A stretch of DNA of 48,751 bases, from positions 1 to 48,751 of the forward strand of contig JAYEII010000013.1 of assembly GCA_034660015.1 (NCBI GenBank), written 5' to 3'. This document shows, in pieces, positions 10,836 to 21,060 of this stretch; within the stretch, counting starts at the first letter, position 1; each line of letters opens with the position of its first letter. Under the pieces are notes generated by a model that worked only from the letters and a program-made list of their open reading frames with translations, was not told where the DNA came from and searched no databases. Position numbers and translations under genes: made by a program. This DNA is from Methanobacteriota archaeon. GTDB lineage: Archaea; Halobacteriota; Syntropharchaeia; Alkanophagales; Methanospirareceae.

Positions 10836-12026
10836 ATGAGAGATAAATTACTTATGGCGTACCGGAGCATATGGGAGAGGAAAGCTCGTTCAATACTCAC
10901 TGTGCTGGGCATTGCGGTGGGTATAGCTGCGATTGTCGCTTTGATGAGCGTCGGCTATGGCATGGAGCATGCGATAACGGGAGAACTGACAGCGATGGCA
11001 GACATGATATCGGTGATGCCGGGGGAAATAAGGGGTGCGACCTATGTGGAAAAGGGGAGTTTTACTGATAGAGACGTAAGCGACTTGCAGAGGATAGGCG
11101 GTATAAAGGACATCTCGACAATGACGTACGACGCCGCGGAAGTTGAGTATCGGAACAAAAGAGCGCCCATTTTTGTATTGGGTGGTGATACCAAAGAGCT
11201 GGAGGGCTTCTATGTGGCGCCTGTCGGACTCAAAGAAGGGAGATGGCTCCGGGAGAATGATTATAAAGGGTGCGTCATCGGAGACCGTGTAGCCAATGAC
11301 TTCTTCGATGAGGTCATACACGTGAACGATAAGCTGGAAATAAATGATGAGAAATTCGTTGTGGTTGGCGTTTTTGAAAAAGGGGACATGTTGTATGCTA
11401 ACGACGTAGACCCGCATATTTTTCTCACGTTGCGTGCTACAAAGGAGGTTCTGCAAACCGATGAGATAAAATACATAATAGTGCGGGTCTATGAGATAGA
11501 TGAAGCGGAAGGGATAGCAGAAGAGATAGTGGAAAGGATAAATGATAATCACGGGCTCGATGATTTCGCCTTCGCAATGACGATGGGTAGCGCGATAGAA
11601 ATGATGGGAGATATTTTCAAGATTATACAGGGCGTCTTGGTTGGGATAGCGGCAATCGCACTCGTTGTTGCATCCATTGGCATAATGAACACGATGCTGA
11701 TGTCCGTGATGGAGCGGACGCATGAGATCGGCGTGATGAAAGCGATAGGAGCAAAAAGCTGGGATGTTCTCTCTCTTTTTCTACTCGAATCGAGCATGGT
11801 GAGTCTGGTGGGCGGTGTGATTGGCTGTGGACTTGGTTGGGGTGTGGCTGTATTCCTGAGCTTCTTAGCCAGCACGGCATCTGGATTAGAAATCGCAGCG
11901 ATTGTGAAGCCCGAAGTTTTACTCGGTGGAATGGCGGTTGCCTTGATTGTAGGAGTTCTATCAGGGTTCTATCCAGCGAGGAAGGCGTCAAAAATGAGTC
12001 CCGTTGAAGCGGTGAGGTATGGATAA
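10836..12026 (+). CDS. ABC exporter permease, MacB/FtsX family
   Basis: RSILTVLGIAVG; GIMNTMLMSVMERTHEIG; YPARKASKMSPVEAVRY. Confidence 0.93.
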   Translation: MRDKLLMAYRSIWERKARSILTVLGIAVGIAAIVALMSVGYGMEHAITGELTAMADMISVMPGEIRGATYVEKGSFTDRDVSDLQRIGGIKDISTMTYDAAEVEYRNKRAPIFVLGGDTKELEGFYVAPVGLKEGRWLRENDYKGCVIGDRVANDFFDEVIHVNDKLEINDEKFVVVGVFEKGDMLYANDVDPHIFLTLRATKEVLQTDEIKYIIVRVYEIDEAEGIAEEIVERINDNHGLDDFAFAMTMGSAIEMMGDIFKIIQGVLVGIAAIALVVASIGIMNTMLMSVMERTHEIGVMKAIGAKSWDVLSLFLLESSMVSLVGGVIGCGLGWGVAVFLSFLASTASGLEIAAIVKPEVLLGGMAVALIVGVLSGFYPARKASKMSPVEAVRYG

Positions 12027-13213
12027 TGAAGGATGCATTTCTGTTAGTGTATAGGAATATAAAGGAGCGAAAAACTCGTTCGATACTGACGATGCTGGGC
12101 ATTATCGTGGGTATAGCGGCGGTAATCGCAATAATGTCCATTAGCTACGGCATGCAGGAGTCAATAACGGAACAGCTAAGCGAGATGGCGGATATTATTA
12201 TGGTAACGCCAGGGAGTGTGGAATTAGGCAGTTTTGGTGAATTTGGCAGTTTTAATGAACGCGATTTGAAGGATGTAGAAAGGATACAAGGCGTGAAAGA
12301 TGCTGCGGCAATGATGGGCGAGATGGAAGAAGTAGAATACCGCGGTGAGAAGGTTATGGTGGAAATCGTTGGTATTGAGCCAAGAGATATGGATGCGGTA
12401 TTTGGAGAGACGGTGGAATTAGAAGAAGGGAGAGAATTAAGAGATAATGACCACAAAACGTGTGAAATCGGGTATAGCGTTGCCAATGATTATTTTGATG
12501 ATGAAATAGGAGTTAACGACAGGATAGCGATAAATGGAAGCAAATTCAGGGTTATTGGGGCGTTGAAAAAGCAAGGCGGATTCAGGTCCACTGTGGATGC
12601 GCAGATATACGTAACGAAAAGGGATGCGGTTAATATTTTCGATACCGAGGATATTTCAACCATCTTCGTGCGTGTGCGGAATATAGGTGAAGCGGAGGAG
12701 ATAGCAGATGAAATAGAGGAGCGAATAGACGAGAATCACAAATTGGATGATTTTACGTCGGCAATGGCAATGGGAGGTGCGATAGAGCAGTTAGAATACA
12801 TTTTCGGGATATTGCAAGTTTTTTTACTCGCCATCGCTTCTATTTCGCTTATTGTGGCTGCTATGGGTATAATGAACACGACACTGATGTCCGTGATGGA
12901 GCGTACGCATGAAATAGGCGTGATGAAAGCGATAGGTGCGAAGAACAGGAATATCCTTTTCCTCTTTCTAATGGAAGCGGGTGTGGTGAGCGTGGTAGGT
13001 GGCGTTTTGGGCTGTATAGCGGGCATCTTTGCTGCAAAAGCCATAAGTTTCGGGATAGTTACGAAATTTGGGGTGGAAATCGCAGCGATTGTGAAACCCG
13101 AAGTGCTGCTCGGTGGAGTAGCGGTTGCAATGCTCGTGGGCGTTCTGTCAGGGTTGTATCCGGCGAGGAAAGCGTCAAAGATGAGTCCTGTGGAAGCGGT
13201 GAGGTATGAGTAA
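12026..13213 (+). CDS. ABC exporter permease, MacB/FtsX family (second subunit)
   Basis: Same motifs as the previous gene; overlapping stop/start (TAATG). Confidence 0.93.
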   Translation: MKDAFLLVYRNIKERKTRSILTMLGIIVGIAAVIAIMSISYGMQESITEQLSEMADIIMVTPGSVELGSFGEFGSFNERDLKDVERIQGVKDAAAMMGEMEEVEYRGEKVMVEIVGIEPRDMDAVFGETVELEEGRELRDNDHKTCEIGYSVANDYFDDEIGVNDRIAINGSKFRVIGALKKQGGFRSTVDAQIYVTKRDAVNIFDTEDISTIFVRVRNIGEAEEIADEIEERIDENHKLDDFTSAMAMGGAIEQLEYIFGILQVFLLAIASISLIVAAMGIMNTTLMSVMERTHEIGVMKAIGAKNRNILFLFLMEAGVVSVVGGVLGCIAGIFAAKAISFGIVTKFGVEIAAIVKPEVLLGGVAVAMLVGVLSGLYPARKASKMSPVEAVRYE

Positions 13214-13255
13214 ACAAACCTTCTTTCTGAAGAAAGAAGCTTTACCAAGAAAGAA
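13214..13255 (+). repeat. Repeat family B (AT-rich palindrome)
   Basis: AAACCTTCTTTCTGAAGAAAGAAGCTTTACCAAG, similar to copies at 17748, 33748, 34509 and 38442. Confidence 0.65.
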
Positions 13256-13345
13256 TTATTTTTGCTTCGCAAAAACAGAATCACTATATTTTTAGATAGT
13301 GCCTTTTTATTACTATATAAAGCATACATAGTTAACCAAACAAGA

Positions 13346-14041
13346 ATGAGAAAAATAGTGAACAAGCCAGACTTGAAACTGTTTCTGTTCTATGGATTAG
13401 TGCTTATTCCAACGTTCTTTTTGTGCTGCTCGCGAAACGACGTGGCTTTCTTCTTTGTTCTCGTGGCGATGCTCCTGACAAGCGTGATAGAGATACCAAT
13501 TTACAGGTTTAGAACAAAGAAGCCAGGATATAGTGCGCTTGAAGCAGCGTGTATCGGTGATTTTTATGGCGTGCCAATATCGGAGGAGATGCAGGCAGAC
13601 AACGGGAGGACATATAAAACGCGGGTAACACTGAATGTAGGCGGCTTCATTATACCCCTGCTTTTCTCTGTTTATCTGCTGCTGAACTATTCCACACTAT
13701 TGTTAGAAATATCGCTGGCTATCTTGCTAATGGCTCTCTTTTCCTACATGCTTTTAGAGGTAAAAGCAGGCGTGGGCATCGTAATTCCCAGTTACGTGGG
13801 TGTGTTTGCCATTCCCCTTGCACTTATACTCGCACCCGAAGTACAAGCAGGGAATACAGCAATAGCGGGGTTGATATTCATACTGGCAATTTTTGGCATT
13901 CTATTGGGGCTGCTAATAACGGTGGCAGCACAGTCCCGAGAAGAAGTAGGAAGTGCCTTCTTTAATCTCGGTGGCGTAGGCAGCTTTCAGCCTATATATC
14001 TCATCTCCGTTCTGGCTTTGTTAATTGGAACAGTACCGTAG
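13346..14041 (+). CDS. DUF1614-like polytopic membrane protein
   Basis: S.IEIP, T.V.LNVGGFIIP, GVGI.IP, LGG.G.F motifs; start moved to ATG 13346. Confidence 0.7.
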   Translation: MRKIVNKPDLKLFLFYGLVLIPTFFLCCSRNDVAFFFVLVAMLLTSVIEIPIYRFRTKKPGYSALEAACIGDFYGVPISEEMQADNGRTYKTRVTLNVGGFIIPLLFSVYLLLNYSTLLLEISLAILLMALFSYMLLEVKAGVGIVIPSYVGVFAIPLALILAPEVQAGNTAIAGLIFILAIFGILLGLLITVAAQSREEVGSAFFNLGGVGSFQPIYLISVLALLIGTVP

Positions 14042-14069
14042 CATAGCATAGCATAGCACGGCACAGCAC
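14039..14069 (+). repeat. 5-bp tandem repeat (TAGCA)n
   Basis: TAGCATAGCATAGCATAGCACGGCACAGCAC beginning at the stop codon. Confidence 0.8.
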
Positions 14070-14132
14070 CACGTACTATCTTGCACAAAATTCGTGAGAT
14101 TTTTTAACAGACATCGAGAAAATAGACAAGAA

Positions 14133-14256
14133 AAAATAAATTGTTGACACAGATTAACGCAGATTAACACAGACAGATGATAAAAATCAACACGGTTAAA
14201 CTAAAATAAATCTGCGTAAATCTGTGTCTTAAATAGAAAGAAGTTACACTTTATAA
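14133..14256 (+). repeat. Repeat family A copy
   Basis: Same arms and 3' tail; ends about 5 bp before the GTG at 14262. Confidence 0.9.
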
Positions 14257-14261
14257 CTACA

Positions 14262-14951
14262 GTGAAACGTAAAGTAATATTAAAATTAGGTGGCAGTCTG
14301 ATAGAAAAATCACGGGACATCCTGCGGGTTCTTGTAGATTATGCCCGTGAGCGTGATGGGGATAAAAATAGAGATTTCACCCTGGTACTGATTCCCGGTG
14401 GTGGACCTTTTGCAGAAACGGTAAGAAATGTCGCTGCGACCATGTCAATACCCGGTGAAACAGCACATTGGATGGCTGTTCTCGCAATGCACCAGTACGG
14501 GCTTTTTTTGGCTGCTTGTAGCGGCGGTGAAGCCGGGATACCTCTGGTCGAAAGCGTGGATGAAGATGAAATAGACCGGGCGGGACCGATATGCATATTA
14601 CTGCCCTATAAGATCCTAAAACAGGATGATTGCTTACCCCATACCTGGGACGTCACGTCGGACACGATAGCTGCGTTTGTCGCAAACCGGCTGGGTGAAA
14701 AAAGATTCATAAAATTGACCGATGTGGATGGAATACAGAATAAAAATAGCGGGCGTCTTATCGAAAAAATCCAGGCGAACGAGCTGGCGGGGAAATCGGC
14801 AGCGGGGCTGAATTGTATTGATGCTGAGCTTCCCGGATTTTTAATGCAGACCAAAATGAGCTGCATTATTGTAAACGGCAACTACCCCAACAGGATAATA
14901 GATGCAATCGAGGAGAACGAGAACAAGACGGTCTGCACAAAAATCTTTTAG
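14262..14951 (+). CDS. mfnE: Amino-acid-kinase-family protein, probable methanofuran biosynthesis kinase
   Basis: KLGGSL, PGGGPFA, AHWMAVLAM, LPHTWDVTSDTIAA, KLTDVDG. Confidence 0.75.
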   Translation: MKRKVILKLGGSLIEKSRDILRVLVDYARERDGDKNRDFTLVLIPGGGPFAETVRNVAATMSIPGETAHWMAVLAMHQYGLFLAACSGGEAGIPLVESVDEDEIDRAGPICILLPYKILKQDDCLPHTWDVTSDTIAAFVANRLGEKRFIKLTDVDGIQNKNSGRLIEKIQANELAGKSAAGLNCIDAELPGFLMQTKMSCIIVNGNYPNRIIDAIEENENKTVCTKIF

Positions 14952-15868
14952 AGTGCAGATGTCGCAGAAGCTTTCTTTCGACGTGAACGCGGACGTGGTC
15001 GCGGGGAAAGAGAATCCACATCCAGGTCTAACCCTTTTTCCAGTTCCTTATACCTATTTCGGATTGTAATCTCCGTTGTACCCACTACCTTGGCTATTTC
15101 CTTCTCCGTTCGATACTCGCCACTTAAAACCGCGGCAATGTATATCGCCGCTGCTGCTGTTCCTATTGGTGCCCAGCCCCTCGCAGTTCCAGTTCCCTCA
15201 TTCCTCTTTAGTATCTCTATTGCCCTTTCCCTTATCGCCTCGCTTAATCCTAATGCGGAGCAGAACCGAGGAATGTAATGCGATGGGTCAGCAGGGGCAA
15301 TCTTCAATCCGAATTTCCTTAAAAGGAAAATATACGCACGCCTTATTTTCTTCAGGGGACTTCTTGACACCCGCGCAATTTCCTTCAGTGTTCGTGGAAT
15401 CCCATTTTGCCTGCAAATAATGTACAGCATTGCTGAGACCAATTCTTCTATACTGCGTCCCTTAATCAAATTCCGTTTCGCCGCTCTTCGGTACAGCACA
15501 GAAGTCATCTCTTTAATATCATTCGGCAGCTTAAGTGCGCATGCCATTCTATCTATCTCGATAAGTGCGAAGGCAAGGGTCTTCTCGCTACTGTCCATGT
15601 TTACCCACTTTAATCGCTGTATCCCAGCGGGTAATTTTGGCGTTGGTGTGCTCAGCCCTTTATCATGAATTCTATAACTCATACCCGGGCCTGTCCTTAC
15701 CCTTTTTGATGCTTGCTCGGAATCGTACGCACGCCATTCTGGTCCGAGGTCCACGAGATTCTCCGCTATCACCATCCCGCAGTCGGCACAGTACAGTTCT
15801 GCATGCTTAGAATCCGATACAACGTTTTTTGAGCCGCATTCGGGGCATATTTTTAGTTTCTTTGCCAT
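14948..15868 (-). CDS. tfb: Transcription initiation factor IIB
   Basis: Zn ribbon CPEC..CADC, GPEWRAY, HDKGLST, two cyclin repeats (GRSIE, EITIRNRYKEL). Confidence 0.95.
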   Translation of the reverse strand: MAKKLKICPECGSKNVVSDSKHAELYCADCGMVIAENLVDLGPEWRAYDSEQASKRVRTGPGMSYRIHDKGLSTPTPKLPAGIQRLKWVNMDSSEKTLAFALIEIDRMACALKLPNDIKEMTSVLYRRAAKRNLIKGRSIEELVSAMLYIICRQNGIPRTLKEIARVSRSPLKKIRRAYIFLLRKFGLKIAPADPSHYIPRFCSALGLSEAIRERAIEILKRNEGTGTARGWAPIGTAAAAIYIAAVLSGEYRTEKEIAKVVGTTEITIRNRYKELEKGLDLDVDSLSPRPRPRSRRKKASATSAL

Positions 15869-16104
15869 ACCGGAAATGTGTATATGTTTTCTATTATATA
15901 ACACTTTCGTTTTTATTGTATATAAAGTGTAGGTTGAAATATACGAGAAAGAGTGAAGGAAAGGTTCATCAATAAATCAGTGAATACCCGCGATAACCTT
16001 TTTCTTTTTTTCTTTTTATACTTTATTCATGACATAATTTCAATTTGAGGATTTAAATAACTTTACATATAGGTGATAGAATACTTACATAACAAAAAAA
16101 TAAA

Positions 16105-17088
16105 ATGAGAACTGCATGGCTGAAGATAAGGATGGGGCTCTGTGTCGTGCTCCTGTTTGCAGTAATATATGCACTATTAATCGTTATAGCCACTTTCACC
16201 GGGGCAGGGACGCCGATAATTTATGCCTTACTCGCCTTTGTAATGGTAGGGATTCAGTTTTTTATAGGTCCAAAGATAGTGGAACGGTCAATGCGTGTTC
16301 GCTATGTTTCGGAACAAGAGCAGCCGGAATTGCACCGGATGGTGAGCGAATTAGCGATGAAGGCGGGCATCCCCAAACCAAGGGTAGGGATTTCCGAGAT
16401 TTCTATACCCAACGCTTTCGCGTTCGGCACGTCGAAAAAGAAAGCGAGGGTTTGCGTCACGAGAAGATTAATGGAGATGTTAAGCAGGGACGAATTAGAA
16501 GCGGTTTTAGGGCATGAACTTTCGCACATAAAACATCAAGATATGGTAGTTATAACGGCTCTGAGCGTGATACCGATGATATGCTACTTTATCTATTTCA
16601 GTTTCTTCTGGTCGGGCATCTTTGGCGGCATGGGCAGAAGTAGAGATGGAGCGTTACCAATGATGGCTATTGCTCTTATCGCCTTCGTGGTGTATTTCAT
16701 AAGTAACCTTATCGTGCTTTACGTGTCTCGTATAAGGGAATATTACGCGGATGCCGGAAGTGCGGAACTCACGAGGAAGCCGCAGGCACTCGCTTCTGCG
16801 TTATACAAAATGATTTACGGTAGTGCGGCTGCGGCTGCGAAGCCGGAAAAGGTAAAAAAGGAGATGGAAAGCATGCGTGCTTTCTTCGCTGCCGACCCGG
16901 TAACAGCGAGAAGGGATTTAAAGGATTTGCGTGCTGCCGACCTGAATAAGGATGGGAAGATAGATGAATATGAACTAAGAGCTTTTGCAGAAAGGGCAAA
17001 GGCAACGCGAGCAGATAGAATAATGGAAATCTTTTCCACGCATCCTACCCCTGTTAGCAGGGTTAAGAAGTTGGGGGAGTATCTTTAA
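16105..17088 (+). CDS. htpX: Zinc metalloprotease HtpX (M48)
   Basis: PNAFAFG, HELSH, SRIREYYAD, FSTHP. Confidence 0.93.
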   Translation: MRTAWLKIRMGLCVVLLFAVIYALLIVIATFTGAGTPIIYALLAFVMVGIQFFIGPKIVERSMRVRYVSEQEQPELHRMVSELAMKAGIPKPRVGISEISIPNAFAFGTSKKKARVCVTRRLMEMLSRDELEAVLGHELSHIKHQDMVVITALSVIPMICYFIYFSFFWSGIFGGMGRSRDGALPMMAIALIAFVVYFISNLIVLYVSRIREYYADAGSAELTRKPQALASALYKMIYGSAAAAAKPEKVKKEMESMRAFFAADPVTARRDLKDLRAADLNKDGKIDEYELRAFAERAKATRADRIMEIFSTHPTPVSRVKKLGEYL

Positions 17089-17089
17089 G

Positions 17090-17154
17090 ATAGCGGTTTA
17101 GCAGGTTAGCGGTATAGCTGTATAGCGGTTTGGCGGTTTAGACGGTTAGCGGAT
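17090..17154 (+). repeat. Repeat family E: degenerate 9-bp tandem units (TAGCGGTT-like) between convergent genes
   Basis: TAGCGGTTTAGCAGGTTAGCGGTATAGCTGTATAGCGGTTTGGCGGTTTAGACGGTTAGCGG; related units at 25621-25650 and 42062-42123. Confidence 0.7.
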
Positions 17155-17180
17155 TACGTGAAAGCCCTGAAAACGGAAAC

Positions 17181-17747
17181 CTAAAAACGGACACCTGTTT
17201 GGTCTGTGTTAATTTTTTCTCGTAGCTTCACACCCTCCACCGCCACCTTTATCATCCCCACTATATCCCTCTCACTCCATTTTGACGAATCTATCACCAG
17301 ATCGTAAATGAAAAGGTCGTTCAAGTTTATCCCATAATATTGCTCATATCGCTTATTTTCTGAGCGTTCTCGGTTGTTCATAGCAGAAAGAGCTTCTTCG
17401 TAAGCTATTGCTTCCCGATGCGCAATTCGCTTTGCTCTTACTCCTACCGGTGCTTTTAGCCATATCTTCAGGTCTGCGTCAGGAACGAAGAATCCGGACA
17501 ACCTGCTTTCCACAATGACATTCTCCCGCTTCATCGCCTCTTCTGCCTGCCGCTCATCTATTTGTCTATCGAAATCGTCATCGGTTTCCGCTAATTTGTT
17601 AAAATACTCTAACGGCAGTTTCTTTTCCTTCGCTATTTGCCGAAATAGCTCGCCCGCGGAAATTAGTTCTACTGATAATTCCTCTGATAGCAACTTCGCA
17701 ACCGTTGTTGTGCCACTGCCCGGGAGACCACTTATTGTTATTCGCAT
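17181..17747 (-). CDS. cmk: Cytidylate kinase (archaeal type)
   Basis: ITISGLPGSGTTT, SAGELFR, ESRLSG, RYEQYYGI. Confidence 0.93.
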   Translation of the reverse strand: MRITISGLPGSGTTTVAKLLSEELSVELISAGELFRQIAKEKKLPLEYFNKLAETDDDFDRQIDERQAEEAMKRENVIVESRLSGFFVPDADLKIWLKAPVGVRAKRIAHREAIAYEEALSAMNNRERSENKRYEQYYGINLNDLFIYDLVIDSSKWSERDIVGMIKVAVEGVKLREKINTDQTGVRF

Positions 17748-17785
17748 AAACCTTTTCTTAAAAAGAAAAGTTTAATCAAAAGAAT
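17748..17785 (+). repeat. Repeat family B palindrome in a divergent promoter spacer
   Basis: AAACCTTTTCT-TAAAA-AGAAAAGTTT-AATCAAAAG. Confidence 0.7.
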
Positions 17786-17801
17786 ACGTTTTTTTTATAA
17801 A

Positions 17802-19043
17802 ATGACGAAGAACACGAACACGATATACATCATTGACGTCACGAACAGGGACGGGGTGCAGACATCGAAATTAGGCTTAGCGAAGTTAGAGAAGACGTTG
17901 CTGAACCTTTATCTGGATGAGATGGGCGTCTTCCAGAGCGAGTTCGGGTTTCCCGTCACGAGGCACGAGACGAACTATTTGAATGCCAACCTGGCGTTAG
18001 CAGAGATAGGTGCTCTGAAACGCATACGACTCAGCGGGTGGTTGAGAGCAATAAAGGGGGATGTCGAAGAAGCTTTTCGATTAGTGCCGAAACTGAAGCA
18101 CGTTAATTTGAGTATATCAACATCCGAACAGATGATAGAGGGCAAATTCAGGGGCAAATTCGGCTGGAAGGACATAATAAGAGAGATGTGCGAGGCGGTT
18201 GATGCAGCGAGGGAACACGGTGCGGAGACTATTGGAGTCAATGCAGAAGACGCTTCGAGGACGGAACTCGAACGGCTGATAGAATTTGCCGAAGCTGCAA
18301 AACAGCATGGCGCAGACCGGATAAGATACTGCGACACGCTCGGCTATGACGACCCGTTCACTGTGTATGAGCGAGTAAAAGCACTCGCAGAGGCGGTGTG
18401 TATTCCCATCGAACTGCACTGCCATAATGATTTGGGTATGGCAGTTGCCTGCTCTGTTGCAGGCGCTAAAGGAGCAATAGATGCGGGTGTTGATGCGTAC
18501 ATCAACACCACGGTGAACGGAATGGGCGAGCGAGCCGGCAACGCAGACCTGGTCTCTACAATCCTTGCGTTAAAGAAAGCGAGCGGTTTTGAAAACAAAT
18601 ACCAATTACAGGATGTAGATTTAAGCCATGCGTGGCGAATCTGCAACTACGCATCTCTTTCATTCAGAGTCCCCATCCCGGTCAACCAGCCTGCGGTAGG
18701 CGATAACGCCTTTGCACATGAATCCGGCATACACGCTGACGGCGCATTGAAGGACAGCAGAAATTATGAACTGTACGACTACACCGAAGTCGGCAGGGGA
18801 CATATCGAGCAGATTGAGACCGGCAGGCTTATAACAACGGGCGAATATTCTGGAATAAAAGGGTTCAAGAACGTAGCGGGTAAATACGAGTTGAAATTCC
18901 GTGATGACAAAGAAGCTCGCGAGATATTGGAACTCGTGAGGTATGCGAACGTTCATACGCAGAAGCCTGTAACGGAGGATGAGATGAGGTTCATTGCACA
19001 ATACCCGCATCATGCAAGGATGATTATGTCGGTACAACCATAA
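17802..19043 (+). CDS. DRE-TIM acyltransferase, probable Re-citrate synthase (homocitrate synthase family)
   Basis: DVTNRDGVQT, HCHNDLG, NGMGERAGNA, FAHESGIHADG; from memory closely resembles the Dehalococcoides Re-citrate synthase; heads an acn-acl-icd cluster. Confidence 0.75.
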   Translation: MTKNTNTIYIIDVTNRDGVQTSKLGLAKLEKTLLNLYLDEMGVFQSEFGFPVTRHETNYLNANLALAEIGALKRIRLSGWLRAIKGDVEEAFRLVPKLKHVNLSISTSEQMIEGKFRGKFGWKDIIREMCEAVDAAREHGAETIGVNAEDASRTELERLIEFAEAAKQHGADRIRYCDTLGYDDPFTVYERVKALAEAVCIPIELHCHNDLGMAVACSVAGAKGAIDAGVDAYINTTVNGMGERAGNADLVSTILALKKASGFENKYQLQDVDLSHAWRICNYASLSFRVPIPVNQPAVGDNAFAHESGIHADGALKDSRNYELYDYTEVGRGHIEQIETGRLITTGEYSGIKGFKNVAGKYELKFRDDKEAREILELVRYANVHTQKPVTEDEMRFIAQYPHHARMIMSVQP

Positions 19044-19088
19044 AACAATATCGAAAATTTAATATATACGATTGACTTAAATTATGAA

Positions 19089-21035
19089 GTGATCGATATG
19101 TCTGGAACAGTTGCAGAAAAGATAATTAACGAGCATATTGTGGATGTAGAGGGTAAAATAGCGCCTGGAGAAGAGGTTGCTTTGAAGATTGACCAGACGC
19201 TTACCCAGGATGCGACAGGTACAATGGCTTACCTACAGTTCGAGGCTATAGGTATATCAAGGGTGAAAACAGAACTGAGCGTTAGTTATGTTGACCACAA
19301 CACGCTGCAAACGGACTTCAAAAACCCGGATGACCATAGATACCTTCAATCCATAGCCAGGAGATTCGGGTTGTATTTCTCCCGCCCCGGTAATGGTATC
19401 TGTCACCAGCTCCATCTGGAAAGATTCGCCTGTCCGGGCAAGACGCTGATTGGTTCTGACAGCCACACACCTACGGCGGGTGGTATAGGTTCGTTTGCCA
19501 TAGGCGCGGGTGGTCTTGACGTGGCGGTCGCCATGGCAGGTATGCCCTACAGGATAAAATATCCAAAGATTGTCGGGGTAAAACTGACAGGAAAACTTCC
19601 TGATTGGGTCTCAGCCAAGGACGTCATACTGGAAGTCCTTCGCAGGATAGACGTCAAAGGTGGCGTGGGAAAGGTGCTGGAGTACTTTGGTCCCGGAGTT
19701 AAGACGCTTAGCGTGCCCGATAGAGCAACAATAACCAATATGGGCACGGAAACCGGAGCGACGACGAGCGTATTCCCGAGCGATGAAGTGACACGGACCT
19801 TCATGGAAGCACAGGCACGTGGCGACCAATGGGTTTCGCTTGAAGCAGATGCAGATGCAGAATACGACGAAATCATAGAGATGGACCTGAGCGAAGTAGA
19901 GCCACTGGTTGCTATTCCTCACAGTCCGGGGAACGTCAAACCGGTGAGAGAGATTGCGGGAATGAAGGTGCAGCAAGTAGCGATTGGCTCGTGTACCAAC
20001 TCCTCATTACGCGACCTCAAAAAGGTGGCAAATATACTTAAAGGGCATACGATTGCAGATAACCTGCATCTCACTGTAAACCCGGGTTCGAGGCAGGTGG
20101 TAGAGCACCTCATCGAGAGCGGTGAGATGCGGTATCTCGTAGCTGCGGGTGCACGGATACTTGAAAACGCCTGCGGTCCTTGCATAGGTATGGGCGCCGC
20201 ACCATCTTCGCAGGGCATATCTATACGAACGTTTAACAGGAACTTTGAGGGCAGGAGCGGAACAAAGGACGCAGAGATATTTCTTGTGAGCCCTGAAGTC
20301 GCAGCAGCTACGGCAATTAACGGCGTTCTTACCGACCCACGGGACCTCGGCGATTGCCCTCAGATAGAGATGCCTCAGCGGTTTATCATCAACGACAACA
20401 TGTTTTTACCGCCACTTCAATCAGAGCAGCAGCCAGCCAATTTAGTAGAGATTATGAGGGGCCCGAACATTAAGCCACTGCCGGATTTCCCTTCTTTGCC
20501 TGATACGCTTAAGGGCGAAGTGCTTATCAAGGTTGAGGACAACATCACCACCGACCACATCATGCCTGCAGGAGCGAAAATCCTTCCGTTGAGGAGCAAC
20601 ATACCGGAGATATCGAAGTATGTTTTTGAGGCGGTTGACCCCGGGTTTCCCACAAGGGCTCTGGACCGGGGTGGTGGGTTCATAATAGGCGGTGAGAACT
20701 ACGGTCAGGGCTCGAGCAGAGAGCATGCCGCACTTGCACCCAAGTACCTGGGCGTTAAGGCGGTAATTGTCAAGTCGTTCGCTCGCATCCATTTAGCCAA
20801 CTTGATAAACTTCGGAATAGTGCCTCTGACATTTAAGGATTCAGCAGACTACGATTCCATAGATCTGGGTGATAATCTTGAAGTTGTTATAGGAGAATTG
20901 CGGGACGATGTCGAACTCAAGAATCTGACAAAAAAGAATGAAATCGAACTTACACACTCCCTTTCACAACTTGATGCCGAAATATTGAAGACCGGCGGTA
21001 AACTGTCCTGGGTAAAAGCAAAGGTTGGAAAATAA
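19089..21035 (+). CDS. acnA: Aconitate hydratase (single chain, about 650 aa)
   Basis: QDATGT, GSDSHT, IGSCTN, CGPCIG, RNFEGR, NYGQGSSREHA. Confidence 0.92.
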   Translation: MIDMSGTVAEKIINEHIVDVEGKIAPGEEVALKIDQTLTQDATGTMAYLQFEAIGISRVKTELSVSYVDHNTLQTDFKNPDDHRYLQSIARRFGLYFSRPGNGICHQLHLERFACPGKTLIGSDSHTPTAGGIGSFAIGAGGLDVAVAMAGMPYRIKYPKIVGVKLTGKLPDWVSAKDVILEVLRRIDVKGGVGKVLEYFGPGVKTLSVPDRATITNMGTETGATTSVFPSDEVTRTFMEAQARGDQWVSLEADADAEYDEIIEMDLSEVEPLVAIPHSPGNVKPVREIAGMKVQQVAIGSCTNSSLRDLKKVANILKGHTIADNLHLTVNPGSRQVVEHLIESGEMRYLVAAGARILENACGPCIGMGAAPSSQGISIRTFNRNFEGRSGTKDAEIFLVSPEVAAATAINGVLTDPRDLGDCPQIEMPQRFIINDNMFLPPLQSEQQPANLVEIMRGPNIKPLPDFPSLPDTLKGEVLIKVEDNITTDHIMPAGAKILPLRSNIPEISKYVFEAVDPGFPTRALDRGGGFIIGGENYGQGSSREHAALAPKYLGVKAVIVKSFARIHLANLINFGIVPLTFKDSADYDSIDLGDNLEVVIGELRDDVELKNLTKKNEIELTHSLSQLDAEILKTGGKLSWVKAKVGK

Positions 21036-21060
21036 ATAGAATAGGAGGGATAAGATAATC

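Noticed and set aside
17802-21035. Coenzyme B pathway (aksA with aksD/E)
   Set aside because: The aconitase is a single-chain AcnA type and the context is acl/icd; homocitrate synthase activity is not strictly excluded
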